DNA from: a virus
Lineage: Duplodnaviria > Heunggongvirae > Uroviricota > Caudoviricetes
Length of the DNA stretch: 64,000 nucleotides
Direction: 5' to 3' (one strand)
IMG/VR virus record: IMGVR_UViG_3300006033_000017
Part shown: positions 28,492 to 37,849 of the stretch, piece after piece
Layout: every line of letters begins with the position of its first letter
Position numbering within the stretch: position 1 is the first letter of the stretch
The notes under the pieces: model-generated
Told to the model about the DNA's origin: nothing
Database searches by the model: none
What the model saw: the letters and a program-made list of their open reading frames with translations, nothing else
Position numbers and translations under genes: made by a program

Positions 28492-28521
28492 ATCATAGCA
28501 TACTGAAGCTGCTGGCGTCAA
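28492..28521 (-). promoter_or_regulatory. sigma70-like promoter TTGACG-N18-TgcTATGAT for the Thg1-like gene
   Basis: minus-strand read of the region. Confidence 0.5.
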
Positions 28522-28534
28522 GCCCCAATTCACC

Positions 28535-28563
28535 TTGTAGTTCCCGACCGGGGATGCTATACT
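28535..28563 (+). promoter_or_regulatory. sigma70-like promoter TTGTAG-N17-TgcTATACT
   Basis: upstream of the 28582 gene; extended -10. Confidence 0.45.
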
Positions 28564-28581
28564 TGCTTATAGGAGCACCCC

Positions 28582-29034
28582 ATGCACGAAAGCGTCCCAC
28601 ACTATAAGCCGAAAGAGGATGTTGAATGGCAAACATCCGTTTCTCTACCCCAAGATGTTTACAATTGGATGAAAGAACAAGAAGAACATTGGTTTAACAA
28701 AGAATGCCCGCCGCAAGACTATTGTATATTCTTGGAAGACAATAGCTTCATTTACGCCCAACATGCCAAGATTTGCGATCATGGTGATTGTCGCGAGATT
28801 GTTGTAATGACAGAGCATTTTGGTACGCTATTCTTAGAAAGACTAGGTATTAAAGCCATCATTGAAGGTGGCGTTTTTGCTCCTGATTTTAGGGTCTTCT
28901 TCGCCAACGAATGCCATGACTATGATATAATGAGTCATATCGCGGGCCGGGGTGATATGTATACCACAGCAGGGGACGGATTCGATCCCGACTGGGACAT
29001 GGATGAGGATCCTGTAGGGCCAAGCAACGTTTAA
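28582..29034 (+). CDS. hypothetical protein (150 aa)
   Basis: GGAG RBS. Confidence 0.45.
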   Translation: MHESVPHYKPKEDVEWQTSVSLPQDVYNWMKEQEEHWFNKECPPQDYCIFLEDNSFIYAQHAKICDHGDCREIVVMTEHFGTLFLERLGIKAIIEGGVFAPDFRVFFANECHDYDIMSHIAGRGDMYTTAGDGFDPDWDMDEDPVGPSNV

Positions 29035-29044
29035 GGAGCAGGAC

Positions 29045-29521
29045 ATGGACTTCAACGATAAGTTTATACGAGCACTAGAACGAAACGAATGCAAACAAGA
29101 GCATTTGAATGGCGGTGACATTCATCTTTCCAGATGTCGAGCCAACTTCTCCCACAAGAACAAAACCTACAAATGGGAATTAGTAACGGAACACCAACTT
29201 AGCATTCCCGCTGACGAAAAGAGGGGGTATGTATTTGATGATGTGAAGTCCCGAATGTATCTAGTTGTTAGTCACTCTTCAAGTGCAGCAACCATATATG
29301 AGTGGGATGCTTTAGTAGAACGTTATGAGAATTTTGGCTTTGACCCCGAATATGGTCTAGGTGAAGACTTTCCTGAGGATTTCGATCCAACAACGACACC
29401 CCTGGCGCTATTCATGGGATGCGCAAAAATCTTCGGTGAATTCACGCGAGAAGAACTTTTTGAAGCAACTCTTCGTCGCCGCGATGCTATGACTGTATAT
29501 AGAAAAGGATTTTTGGAATGA
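29045..29521 (+). CDS. hypothetical protein (158 aa)
   Basis: AAGGAG RBS. Confidence 0.45.
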   Translation: MDFNDKFIRALERNECKQEHLNGGDIHLSRCRANFSHKNKTYKWELVTEHQLSIPADEKRGYVFDDVKSRMYLVVSHSSSAATIYEWDALVERYENFGFDPEYGLGEDFPEDFDPTTTPLALFMGCAKIFGEFTREELFEATLRRRDAMTVYRKGFLE

Positions 29522-30147
29522 AAGCTAACGAAACCATAGAATACAAAGGTCATACTATTACCTGCAAGTTAAATGAACAAGACAACAAGTGCTATCAAAC
29601 CGATCTAGATGAACAATACCATAAAACGATAGGCAAAGCAAAAGAGAAAATCGATACAAAGCTAAATCTTGCCATGAATGACGCTATATTAGGATGGTGG
29701 CAAGCTCTCGATTATCCTAGCAAAACACGACTTACTAATTACCTCGCTTTTATGCACATTGAAGGGGATTTTGCCCCCGCAGAAGAGTATTACCCCGAGC
29801 AAATACTCCCATATATTCGCGGCATAGGTCACGAGTTATGCACATATGTCAACGCCATCAATTCGCGTCTTTTCACCTATTCCTTAGAGGAACTTAAACG
29901 AATTTCACAACTCAAAAGGCTTGGTATTGCGCAAGTTAGTTGGTTGAATAGAGACGGTGATCATGAATGTGAGATTTGCTATATTGATAATGGTAACAGA
30001 GAGACGATTAGAGACTTCTTAATGAAAAACTTTCGACCATTTGACGCTGTTGTCGAAAATGGCGATATCGCATGGAGCTATGATCTAGAAAATCTCTCTC
30101 ATGAGCAATATCTCATTCGAGTAGAGACTATTATCTCGGTTCATTAG
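29518..30147 (+). CDS. hypothetical protein (209 aa)
   Basis: ATGA overlap with upstream gene. Confidence 0.45.
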   Translation: MKANETIEYKGHTITCKLNEQDNKCYQTDLDEQYHKTIGKAKEKIDTKLNLAMNDAILGWWQALDYPSKTRLTNYLAFMHIEGDFAPAEEYYPEQILPYIRGIGHELCTYVNAINSRLFTYSLEELKRISQLKRLGIAQVSWLNRDGDHECEICYIDNGNRETIRDFLMKNFRPFDAVVENGDIAWSYDLENLSHEQYLIRVETIISVH

Positions 30148-30178
30148 ATTTAACAATAACGCAAGAAAAGTACCTCAT

Positions 30179-30766
30179 GTGATGCGGAATAATCGAGATA
30201 TGAAAAAGCTATGCCTACTCGTGTTATTGACCCTTGCCACCTTCTGTGCTACGATACATAAGGCAGAAGCGCAGTCCACGACCACTATTACATGGGAAGC
30301 TGAAAAAGGGACACTAGAGTCCCCTATCATCAAGAAAACAGGAACTAAGACTGATAAGAAACCTAGCAAACCCAGTAAGAACAGTGGTGATGGTTGGATT
30401 GAAATTCCTAATAAAGCTAACGGCGGAAATCACGATGGTCCTCTACCCGGTAAGGCTATATATAAAGTCAACATCCCCGTAGGTGGTCAATATACGTTCT
30501 GGGCAAGGACACTATGGCCCAATGGTTGTGGTAATAGCTTTTGGATCCGTTTAGCTGAACGTCCTAATCAACTCTTAGGGGAAGACGGCACCTATGATGT
30601 TTGGAAATGGCGCAAAATAGCGTCGAAGCTAACGCTAGTTACTGGCAACAATGTTATCATCGTTGCTAATCGTGAAGATGGCGTACTAATGGATGAATGT
30701 CAAATAACAACAAGCTCTACAGAACCTGTTGGGATTGTTACCCCAACACCTAATGCTCTACAATAA
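30179..30766 (+). CDS. secreted protein with signal peptide; possible carbohydrate-binding beta-sandwich
   Basis: MKKLCLLVLLTLATFCATIHKAEA signal peptide. Confidence 0.45.
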   Translation: MMRNNRDMKKLCLLVLLTLATFCATIHKAEAQSTTTITWEAEKGTLESPIIKKTGTKTDKKPSKPSKNSGDGWIEIPNKANGGNHDGPLPGKAIYKVNIPVGGQYTFWARTLWPNGCGNSFWIRLAERPNQLLGEDGTYDVWKWRKIASKLTLVTGNNVIIVANREDGVLMDECQITTSSTEPVGIVTPTPNALQ

Positions 30767-30777
30767 AAGGAAAAGTC

Positions 30778-31215
30778 ATGATGAAGGCCGGTAAGTACTG
30801 GGTTGGCGATTTATGCTATGTCATGCATGAACGCTGGGATGAATTTTGTCGTAATCTTGAATATCCAGGTGAAATGACCATAGGCGAGACAGAAATCGCC
30901 TTTTACTACACAGCATATGGTGATGGCTGTTACTTTGATCAGTTCAATAATGAATATGGTGTAGATGCTGGACTGATTGGTTGTATCCGAGTAGAAGATA
31001 TCGCTTCTGATCCCGAAAATCATATAGATGGTGGGCATATCTTTGAATTCGCAGAAGACTTCGGCACCAGTGATTGTGGCGGTAAGCTCTTATTTGGGCA
31101 CGTTCTCATTGACACTGTTCAAGAAGATGAAGAAGAAGACGATGACTACTGGGATGATGAAGCGGACGTAGATGATGACGAAGAAGAGGACGACGGCGAA
31201 AACGAATATGACTAA
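30778..31215 (+). CDS. hypothetical protein with poly-acidic C-terminal tail
   Basis: AAGGAAAAG RBS; D/E-rich tail. Confidence 0.45.
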   Translation: MMKAGKYWVGDLCYVMHERWDEFCRNLEYPGEMTIGETEIAFYYTAYGDGCYFDQFNNEYGVDAGLIGCIRVEDIASDPENHIDGGHIFEFAEDFGTSDCGGKLLFGHVLIDTVQEDEEEDDDYWDDEADVDDDEEEDDGENEYD

Positions 31216-31396
31216 CAACTCTGACCTCGCCCTCGCGAAAGCAATGAGGCCCAACATCCCTTCGCTAGAAGAATCCATTAGGGATTCCGCGCGGCGGTCT
31301 GATGAACTCTATATTGCCCTCAACAACAAATACCCCAACTGCTTCAAGAAGTCGTTTATCGATGAGTGTCAGCAAAGGATTGCAAAGAATGAATAA
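31208..31396 (+). CDS. hypothetical small protein (62 aa)
   Basis: ATGACTAA overlap with upstream stop. Confidence 0.35.
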   Translation: MTNNSDLALAKAMRPNIPSLEESIRDSARRSDELYIALNNKYPNCFKKSFIDECQQRIAKNE

Positions 31397-31889
31397 AATC
31401 GACCAAGCACAAGCCATCATAGATGATAGAGGCTATGATCCTTTTGCCACCCCCTTTTATGTCTACACGGTTGATGGACAAGGGGCATACCAAAGACAGC
31501 GCCTTGATACTTATGAGGGTGTCTCCTATAAAGTAGCCCAATGTAGGTATCTACTAATCATCAGTGAACGTTACAAGAAAAACCCAAAACGCCTCGTGAT
31601 TTTCTGCGAAACGCCTACATGTGTCAAAAAGCAATTCCAAGATTTTGGTGAAGGTTTCTATCTCGATGATCTTTTCATCTTTAGGAATAACGAATGGAGT
31701 TATCTTGATGAAAGCAATAAGACACTAGCACAAGACATTCTCGAAGACGAATTCCAAGCAAAATTCAAGGCGGACGACTCCCTTCTTGAGATGAGGAAGA
31801 CAATCTTCCGGTTACAAAACAAGATGTACGACCTAATCGAACAAGATACACAACGTGCATTGGATCAAATGTTTGAGGGCGCACTATGA
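31389..31889 (+). CDS. hypothetical protein (166 aa from MNKIDQ)
   Basis: ATGAATAA overlap with upstream stop. Confidence 0.4.
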   Translation: MNKIDQAQAIIDDRGYDPFATPFYVYTVDGQGAYQRQRLDTYEGVSYKVAQCRYLLIISERYKKNPKRLVIFCETPTCVKKQFQDFGEGFYLDDLFIFRNNEWSYLDESNKTLAQDILEDEFQAKFKADDSLLEMRKTIFRLQNKMYDLIEQDTQRALDQMFEGAL

Positions 31890-32326
31890 GAATCGTAGAA
31901 CATGAAGGGTCAATCCCTATGGAGCGCTGGTGGAAAGACCATCCTTCCCTACTAGCCTACCTAGACACTTGTGCAGTAGATAATCACGGGCTGATTGATA
32001 TTCGCAGAATGGGATGTAACGTTAACACCCACCCCCTATGCGCACATATGTCAACATGGAATGATCAATATGGCACAAGGGCAAAGGATGTCGATAACCC
32101 TGACGAGATTGTTATAATCAAGGGGCATGACGACTGGGACGTAGCCGAGGAACTTGCCGAGCATGGCTTCTTAGAATTCACCATGGGCGCTCCTGCTGTG
32201 TTCTTCACTGAGCGCGGCGCGCTGATAGCGGGTCGATTACGAGCCCATAAAGCCATGGGCGGCAATTACTGTGAATTTGACTGGTTTGGCAATCTCAGCT
32301 TAGTCAACAAGGAACTGGAAGGCTAA
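31886..32326 (+). CDS. hypothetical protein (146 aa)
   Basis: ATGA overlap. Confidence 0.4.
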   Translation: MRIVEHEGSIPMERWWKDHPSLLAYLDTCAVDNHGLIDIRRMGCNVNTHPLCAHMSTWNDQYGTRAKDVDNPDEIVIIKGHDDWDVAEELAEHGFLEFTMGAPAVFFTERGALIAGRLRAHKAMGGNYCEFDWFGNLSLVNKELEG

Positions 32327-32328
32327 GG

Positions 32329-32535
32329 ATGTTATTCTGTTTCGATGTTGAGAGCAATGGATTACTAGGTGACGCTTTTGCCTTCGGGGCTGTCATCTTA
32401 GATCCTGGTTTTCAGGTCATTGATACCAAAATCGCTGTAGCACCGTTCCCTGACAAGCCTGACCCTTGGGTTCTAGAGAACATTATTGAGACGAATGTTC
32501 TACCGAAGCCTAGTGTTGAGACACTTCCACAATAA
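32329..32535 (+). CDS. hypothetical protein (68 aa)
   Basis: ORF. Confidence 0.35.
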   Translation: MLFCFDVESNGLLGDAFAFGAVILDPGFQVIDTKIAVAPFPDKPDPWVLENIIETNVLPKPSVETLPQ

Positions 32536-32556
32536 TCTCTTCTAGAGTCAGAGTAA

Positions 32557-32596
32557 GCCGTTAATTAGGTATCAAGCCTAATTAGCGGCTTTTCTG
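32557..32596 (+). terminator. rho-independent terminator
   Basis: AGCCGTTAATTAGG-tatcaag-CCTAATTAGCGGCT followed by TTTTCT. Confidence 0.65.
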
Positions 32597-32641
32597 TAGG
32601 TCTTCATTAAGCGAATCTATAAACTATACTAAGAGGAGCAT

Positions 32642-32782
32642 ATGGCGACTTTTGCATCAAATGGTTCAGGTTTATGGTCAGTGGGTGCCACTTGGGTTGG
32701 TGGAGTTGTACCCGCATCTGGTGATGTAATCACAATCGCGGCAGGCCATACTGTTACATTTGATGTTGATCAATCATTTTAA
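32642..32782 (+). CDS. 46-aa ORF resembling the N-terminus of beta-helix fibre/adhesin-like proteins (probable truncated remnant)
   Basis: AAGAGGAG RBS; [43 protein letters not shown]. Confidence 0.3.
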   Translation: MATFASNGSGLWSVGATWVGGVVPASGDVITIAAGHTVTFDVDQSF

Positions 32783-32818
32783 TGATGATATTGATCTCAT
32801 CTTAAAGAGGAGATAACA

Positions 32819-32962
32819 ATGGCTAATGACAGGATGATATTGTCGGAGGAATTGTTAATACTTGACGATATCGACGAAATCGTTCTTATAGACATGGACG
32901 ATGACCTCGATGATCGGATAGGATTCTATATGACAATCGAAGAAGAAAGAATCGAAGGATAA
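32819..32962 (+). CDS. 47-aa highly acidic small protein
   Basis: AAGAGGAG RBS; MANDRMILSEELLILDDIDEIVLIDMDDDLDD. Confidence 0.3.
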   Translation: MANDRMILSEELLILDDIDEIVLIDMDDDLDDRIGFYMTIEEERIEG

Positions 32963-32965
32963 CTT

Positions 32966-33289
32966 ATGGTCTCGGCAAGTTACTTAGAGGGTAATACGAT
33001 TAGGATCAAAATGGTCTTCCAAGACGATCTGGGAGAACCAGTAAATCCTGACGAGATTACGCTTAGGGTCAAAGTTGTACCAACGAATATAGACATTCCA
33101 CCGACAACAACCAATTATACCTATGGATTGGATGAATACGATGAGATAACAAGACAATCTAGTGGATACTACTATTTAGATCTATATCTGGATGAACCGG
33201 GTAATTGGACCTATATCGTTCAAGCATCCACCATTGGCGTTCAATCTAGTAAGCAAAGAAGGATCAAGGTTACACCGCAAGCATTTTAG
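32966..33289 (+). CDS. hypothetical protein (107 aa)
   Basis: ORF. Confidence 0.4.
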   Translation: MVSASYLEGNTIRIKMVFQDDLGEPVNPDEITLRVKVVPTNIDIPPTTTNYTYGLDEYDEITRQSSGYYYLDLYLDEPGNWTYIVQASTIGVQSSKQRRIKVTPQAF

Positions 33290-33313
33290 AGCAGTGAATG
33301 AGGAGGCAATCAA

Positions 33314-33712
33314 GTGGCTGGTTTATCAACGTATGCAAAGAATAAGATTCTAGATCACACCTTAGGCATGACCGCATGGGTAATGCCTACGCAGCTATAT
33401 GCAGCATTATACACTGTCGTCCCTACCGACGATGGTGGCGGTACTCAGGTGCCTATAGCTACAGGTTATTCTAGACAGGCTGCTGAATTTGACGCGGCGG
33501 TCGCGGGCGCTACAGCCAACTCCAATACAATCACCTTTACTGCCAATGGTGGTGACTGGGGTGAAATTGTAGCTGTAGGCTATTTTGACGAAAGCACAGG
33601 TGGTAACCTAATCCTGTGGGATGATCTGGGCGCGGATTCTAGAGAAATCAAAAACAGAGATAGCTACCAAATCTCCATCGGTGCCACAACCGTCACGTTA
33701 ACAAACGCTTAA
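33314..33712 (+). CDS. hypothetical protein (132 aa)
   Basis: GAGGAGG RBS. Confidence 0.45.
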   Translation: MAGLSTYAKNKILDHTLGMTAWVMPTQLYAALYTVVPTDDGGGTQVPIATGYSRQAAEFDAAVAGATANSNTITFTANGGDWGEIVAVGYFDESTGGNLILWDDLGADSREIKNRDSYQISIGATTVTLTNA

Positions 33713-33722
33713 AAGGATCAAT

Positions 33723-34196
33723 ATGGGGCCACGTAAGGGAGACGATAAGTTTGTGCTCGTTCCTGTGAGACGGAATGAAGTAAATAAGACTAATACGCCT
33801 CGTGTCTCTACAGACAAGGCCCTTAGAGTTAAATTAACCGAACTTGTCACGAAGATTGTTAGTAACTATACACCATATGCACAAACTTCCGCCAATCATC
33901 CCGATACTTTTAAGGGGACAATATTGGCGGAAGTTCAGTTGGTTGCTATGGTAATGGCCTGGGATGACTTCGTAACTTTATTGGCGCGCGGAATTCGGCA
34001 ACTGTCTGAGCTTGATGCCCTCAAAGATATGAAGCGAGAAATAGCATCTGTCCTCCAGCTCATTAAGAACCGAAGAGACATGATCTTTGAAGATCTCGCT
34101 CCTCAAGATCAGGCTACTTGCAAGAAGGCATTTGCTGAAGTCCACATGAAGCCAATTAATGGAGCAGAAATCCTAGCCCAGCTTTTTGGTACTTAA
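33723..34196 (+). CDS. hypothetical protein (157 aa)
   Basis: ORF. Confidence 0.4.
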   Translation: MGPRKGDDKFVLVPVRRNEVNKTNTPRVSTDKALRVKLTELVTKIVSNYTPYAQTSANHPDTFKGTILAEVQLVAMVMAWDDFVTLLARGIRQLSELDALKDMKREIASVLQLIKNRRDMIFEDLAPQDQATCKKAFAEVHMKPINGAEILAQLFGT

Positions 34197-34543
34197 GCTG
34201 CCTTAAGCGCCTTCGTTTCTACTGGCGCGGGTGCATCAATAAGAGCAGTCAGTCTCTTGATTTCATCCTGCACCAGCTTATGATGAAAGCACTTACGCGC
34301 CAACTCAAGCTGTTCATAAGCAATGGCAAGTGAGCCGAAACTTGTTGCCGCCACAGCTTCTCCCCATACAGGATTTTCATCTGACGGGGAATGAAGATAC
34401 TGTTGAGGGATAAAACCGCCCTTAGCTCCTCGGATACCCTTCACAATCTGCCACCAATCTCCATGTGGCATAATAGCATAAAGCTCAGTACCCTCACCAT
34501 ACACTACTTCAATGTGAGACAAAGTGGGTTGCTTCTCAACCAT
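34193..34543 (-). CDS. hypothetical protein (116 aa)
   Basis: ORF immediately downstream of the TnpB 3' flank. Confidence 0.4.
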   Translation of the reverse strand: MVEKQPTLSHIEVVYGEGTELYAIMPHGDWWQIVKGIRGAKGGFIPQQYLHSPSDENPVWGEAVAATSFGSLAIAYEQLELARKCFHHKLVQDEIKRLTALIDAPAPVETKALKAA

Positions 34544-34645
34544 GTTTTATACCTTCCTTTAGTCGATTCTCACTCGGGTCACAATCGTCTGCTTCGTAGC
34601 AGTACCGTTACGATCAATATACCGTTCCTTAAAATCTGCGGAAAT

Positions 34646-35845
34646 CTAAGCATTTTGCAATGTCTCGAATATCCGCGAATCTATAGGTTTGAAACCGGCA
34701 CCGTAAGGTCCGGTAAGGAATCGATTCAAAATATTCTTACTCGCGTTTGTATCCGCATTGTCTCCATGACCACAACTGAGACACAAGAACACCTCTCCGT
34801 TTCGATTCCTCTTATCGACATGACCACATAGCGGACAGGTGATACTGGTATTATAACACGAAACGGTTCTGAAGGAAACACGGTTTTCTTCACACCCCAT
34901 TTGTACCCGGTCTAACCAATATCGCCATACCCAACTGCCGATAACTCGACGCATACTTTTAGAGAGGCGTCGTCTCTCCTTTGCCTTATGGTTCAGATTA
35001 GATAACTTCTCCACAACCACAAGATCAATACTTTTATTAGTTACGATCTGCCTCGTAACTTCGTCTATTCGTTGTTTCAAGGCCCTACGAGCTTTCTTTT
35101 GGCCTTTCGATCCCTGATTACAACGATTGACTCTGTTCACACAATCTTTAATATCTCTACCTAATTGCTCTCCAGTAGAGAATGAAGCCAAAGCATTAAT
35201 CCCAGAGTCTATACCGATAGCATTGAGCCCCGTTTTCTTTGGACCAGTTTCAATCTCGAAACAGAACTGAACACTATCTCTGGTGATAATGTAGCTATTC
35301 AGTCTTGTTCCCAATTGATTCCATTTGTTGAAATGCTTGTGTTTTTTAATCGGAAGATCCATCACAATCTTATTGCCAATTGAAGCTAGATGCAACCAAG
35401 AATCAAATTCTGATGCTGCCTTTGAAGCCACTAACTTAGCAATGTTACAATTGGCGCAAATTCTATCTCCTTTGTGTGTCGGCTTAACGGGCTTGATTGT
35501 TTCTGCTTTTTGTCTTAATTGATTGGCCTTAACTTCGTATTTAGCTCTTTCTGCTTTGGCTAATAATCGTTTTTTCTCATTTTTGGCTTTCTCTTGAGAA
35601 GAATTAATCAGATCAATAGCTTCTCTTGCACAGACCTTTCTCATTCTATGAGAAAACCAAGAATCAGGGAGGTTGATTATATCTTTGAGCAAGTCTGCTT
35701 TTGTCGGGCATTTATCTAGTGCCCAGAAAGAATCAATGAAGATATTGCAGAGTCTTCCGTATTCGATCAACACAATGCTAAGCTCCTCTCTCTTTTTTAA
35801 GGTCGAGAATTTAAGGGTACATTGTGTTGACCGAATGATTTTCAC
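34646..35845 (-). CDS. tnpB: TnpB (IS605 OrfB-family RuvC-like, putative RNA-guided nuclease)
   Basis: RuvC-I GIDSGINALA, RuvC-II VVVEKLSN, zinc finger CPLCGH...CLSCGH, RuvC-III DNADTNASKNI; N-terminus MKIIRSTQCTLKF is typical. Confidence 0.8.
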   Translation of the reverse strand: MKIIRSTQCTLKFSTLKKREELSIVLIEYGRLCNIFIDSFWALDKCPTKADLLKDIINLPDSWFSHRMRKVCAREAIDLINSSQEKAKNEKKRLLAKAERAKYEVKANQLRQKAETIKPVKPTHKGDRICANCNIAKLVASKAASEFDSWLHLASIGNKIVMDLPIKKHKHFNKWNQLGTRLNSYIITRDSVQFCFEIETGPKKTGLNAIGIDSGINALASFSTGEQLGRDIKDCVNRVNRCNQGSKGQKKARRALKQRIDEVTRQIVTNKSIDLVVVEKLSNLNHKAKERRRLSKSMRRVIGSWVWRYWLDRVQMGCEENRVSFRTVSCYNTSITCPLCGHVDKRNRNGEVFLCLSCGHGDNADTNASKNILNRFLTGPYGAGFKPIDSRIFETLQNA

Positions 35846-36033
35846 TTACTGCCTTCTTTCAAAAATCGATCAATATCAGATAGCTTGTATAACCTTCGAT
35901 TACCTGGTGTGCGAATAGCCGTCAGACTTCCTTTTTCATCCCACTCTCTTAGGGTTTCTCGACGCACACCAATCATTTTGGCAGCCTCACCTATCTTAAT
36001 CATTTTATCATTTTCCATATCACTACCTTCCAC
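35842..36033 (-). CDS. MerR-like HTH DNA-binding protein (resembles the N-terminal domain of IS607 TnpA serine recombinase)
   Basis: IKIGEAAKMIGVRRETLREWDEKG helix-turn-helix; ATGA overlap with the tnpB start. Confidence 0.5.
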   Translation of the reverse strand: MEGSDMENDKMIKIGEAAKMIGVRRETLREWDEKGSLTAIRTPGNRRLYKLSDIDRFLKEGSK

Positions 36034-36095
36034 AACTAAACACTATATTCCTCTATATTATGAGGAATTAGAAATAAGCCTACCCTGCCAGAATT

Positions 36096-37385
36096 TTATG
36101 AACACCCACCCTCGCGCAAGCGAGTGATAATCGTTTGCTTAGTTGTCATACTAGTGCGATGATCAGTATACTCCTTGTGGTCCTTTACCATCGCGGTCAC
36201 GTTATAGAACTTGTGCATCTCCATATCAGGCTGAGTTGCAGAATACCAGATAGCGACATTACTATTACGATCCATCAACTTGTAGCAAACAGCCCCATAT
36301 CGACTGTAAGTATTGAATTGTCCAACCAGCTTCAGTTCGAAGTTGCCGCGTGCGCCGACTTCACCGAAGTAGTCACTATTTTCCGAAGCCTCTTGGGCGG
36401 AACGGACACGATCCATATACGGAAGGATGTACGCAGCAAGGCCAAGATGCTTATAGAGTACCCATTCCTGCTGGACGATAACCCACATATTGTAATCAAA
36501 GGTACTCATCTGAGCAGGATCCTTGTCCTTCAGATAGTCCCTGATCCAACTAAGGCCGTCCTTAGCCCGCTCCGTATCTTCAGCGGTAGGCGAGAGCTTG
36601 CCCCGACCCTTATCAGTCAACATGGTAGTTGCCATGTCAGAAGTAGAACAAGTGTAATTCAATTCTGCTTGCCGACGGGTAATGTAGCCTACCTTGCGGA
36701 TCGCCATGGAACAATACTCAAGATACCGCTCCATAGAGAAGCCATAAGTACCATGGTCACGTCCGCCAAACTCTTCATCACTCTCGGAAATTGTGCTGCA
36801 AGAGTCAAGGGTATCGAAGTAAGTCTGATACCAATCCGCGATACTCTGCACATCCTGAGCAGGGAAGAAGAAACTCAAGCAATTGCGACCAATCTGCTTG
36901 TACTCACCAGTTTCCTTGTTGTACAGAAGGAACGTCTCTTTGCGAGAACGAGACGTATGGCAGTAATCACACTGATGTTGAGTACGATACAGAACAGGAA
37001 CTTCAGCTTCCCAATAAGGAGCAACACGTACCATCGTTGGGTCAGTAGTATGGTCTAGGGTTGCCACTAGAATCCAATGAGAACAAAACTCAGGAACAGG
37101 CCCTTCACCAACAATCTCGATGTTATAGTACAGGATGTACTTATCGAGACCGTCAGAATCAGTAACCTTAGTAGTGTCCTGACTAATGATCTCACAGGTA
37201 ATTTCGGGAAGATCGAGCGTATTGCGTGCGCGCCAAGTACGAATCTTCTTGTTGGCCCTCTCGATGACTTTCGCGAGGTGATTGTAATTCGCCGCAGGTA
37301 CTCGGTACTGCTTGGGGTCCGCCGCCTTGACAGGTAGCGACTCAATCCGGGCCTCTCCGTAGCCGTTAGTATCAAAGGTGCTCAT
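36096..37385 (-). CDS. hypothetical protein (429 aa)
   Basis: long ORF; promoter TTGACA-N17-TggTACCAT at 37407..37435. Confidence 0.5.
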   Translation of the reverse strand: MSTFDTNGYGEARIESLPVKAADPKQYRVPAANYNHLAKVIERANKKIRTWRARNTLDLPEITCEIISQDTTKVTDSDGLDKYILYYNIEIVGEGPVPEFCSHWILVATLDHTTDPTMVRVAPYWEAEVPVLYRTQHQCDYCHTSRSRKETFLLYNKETGEYKQIGRNCLSFFFPAQDVQSIADWYQTYFDTLDSCSTISESDEEFGGRDHGTYGFSMERYLEYCSMAIRKVGYITRRQAELNYTCSTSDMATTMLTDKGRGKLSPTAEDTERAKDGLSWIRDYLKDKDPAQMSTFDYNMWVIVQQEWVLYKHLGLAAYILPYMDRVRSAQEASENSDYFGEVGARGNFELKLVGQFNTYSRYGAVCYKLMDRNSNVAIWYSATQPDMEMHKFYNVTAMVKDHKEYTDHRTSMTTKQTIITRLREGGCS

Positions 37386-37406
37386 GGTGGTGGTTCCTCT
37401 ACCCTT

Positions 37407-37435
37407 ATGGTACCACGCGCGCAGGCGCGTGTCAA
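37407..37435 (-). promoter_or_regulatory. sigma70-like promoter TTGACA-N17-TACCAT followed by AAGGGTAG
   Basis: minus-strand read. Confidence 0.5.
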
Positions 37436-37489
37436 GGGACTAGGATTCCTCAACAAAATGCAGTATTAATGGAATGAGGAGACACGGTT

Positions 37490-37849
37490 ATGGACAAGAC
37501 AAGTAAAACACTCACTAACACTGGTAGAAAGCATATTGCTCCCCACAATTTTGCTGTTGGCCCCGAGCATCCTAAGAATAAAGGAGATAAAGGGCATTTC
37601 CCAGTTCATGACAGAAGCCACGCAGAGAATGCAGTTGCTAGAGTAGAAGGTCTATCTAAAGCGCCCAGTTGGTGGTCGGGCACCTTATCTGAACTCAAAA
37701 CATTGGTTCGCAACAAGGCACATGGTCACTTCAAGCCAAAAACCGCATCTCTATCCGAAGCAATGAGTAGCATCCATAGATATGCCTATGGACAAGAAGA
37801 TCAAGAAGGTAAGGACTTACTCGACAAGATCATCGCTGGCTTGCTTTAA
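37490..37849 (+). CDS. hypothetical basic protein (119 aa)
   Basis: GGAG RBS. Confidence 0.4.
   Translation: MDKTSKTLTNTGRKHIAPHNFAVGPEHPKNKGDKGHFPVHDRSHAENAVARVEGLSKAPSWWSGTLSELKTLVRNKAHGHFKPKTASLSEAMSSIHRYAYGQEDQEGKDLLDKIIAGLL

Larger units (their letters stand above)
34544..36095 (-). mobile_element. degenerate IS607/IS605-family element remnant (HTH-only tnpA fragment plus tnpB); ends not defined
   Basis: gene content; no serine-recombinase catalytic domain present. Confidence 0.4.

Noticed and set aside
36096-37385. 429-aa protein considered as a possible Nampt (to pair with the NMNAT-like gene)
   Set aside because: No Nampt/NAPRTase signatures (DSYK, DFGYRG, GSGGG) are present, and the similarity is not supportable.
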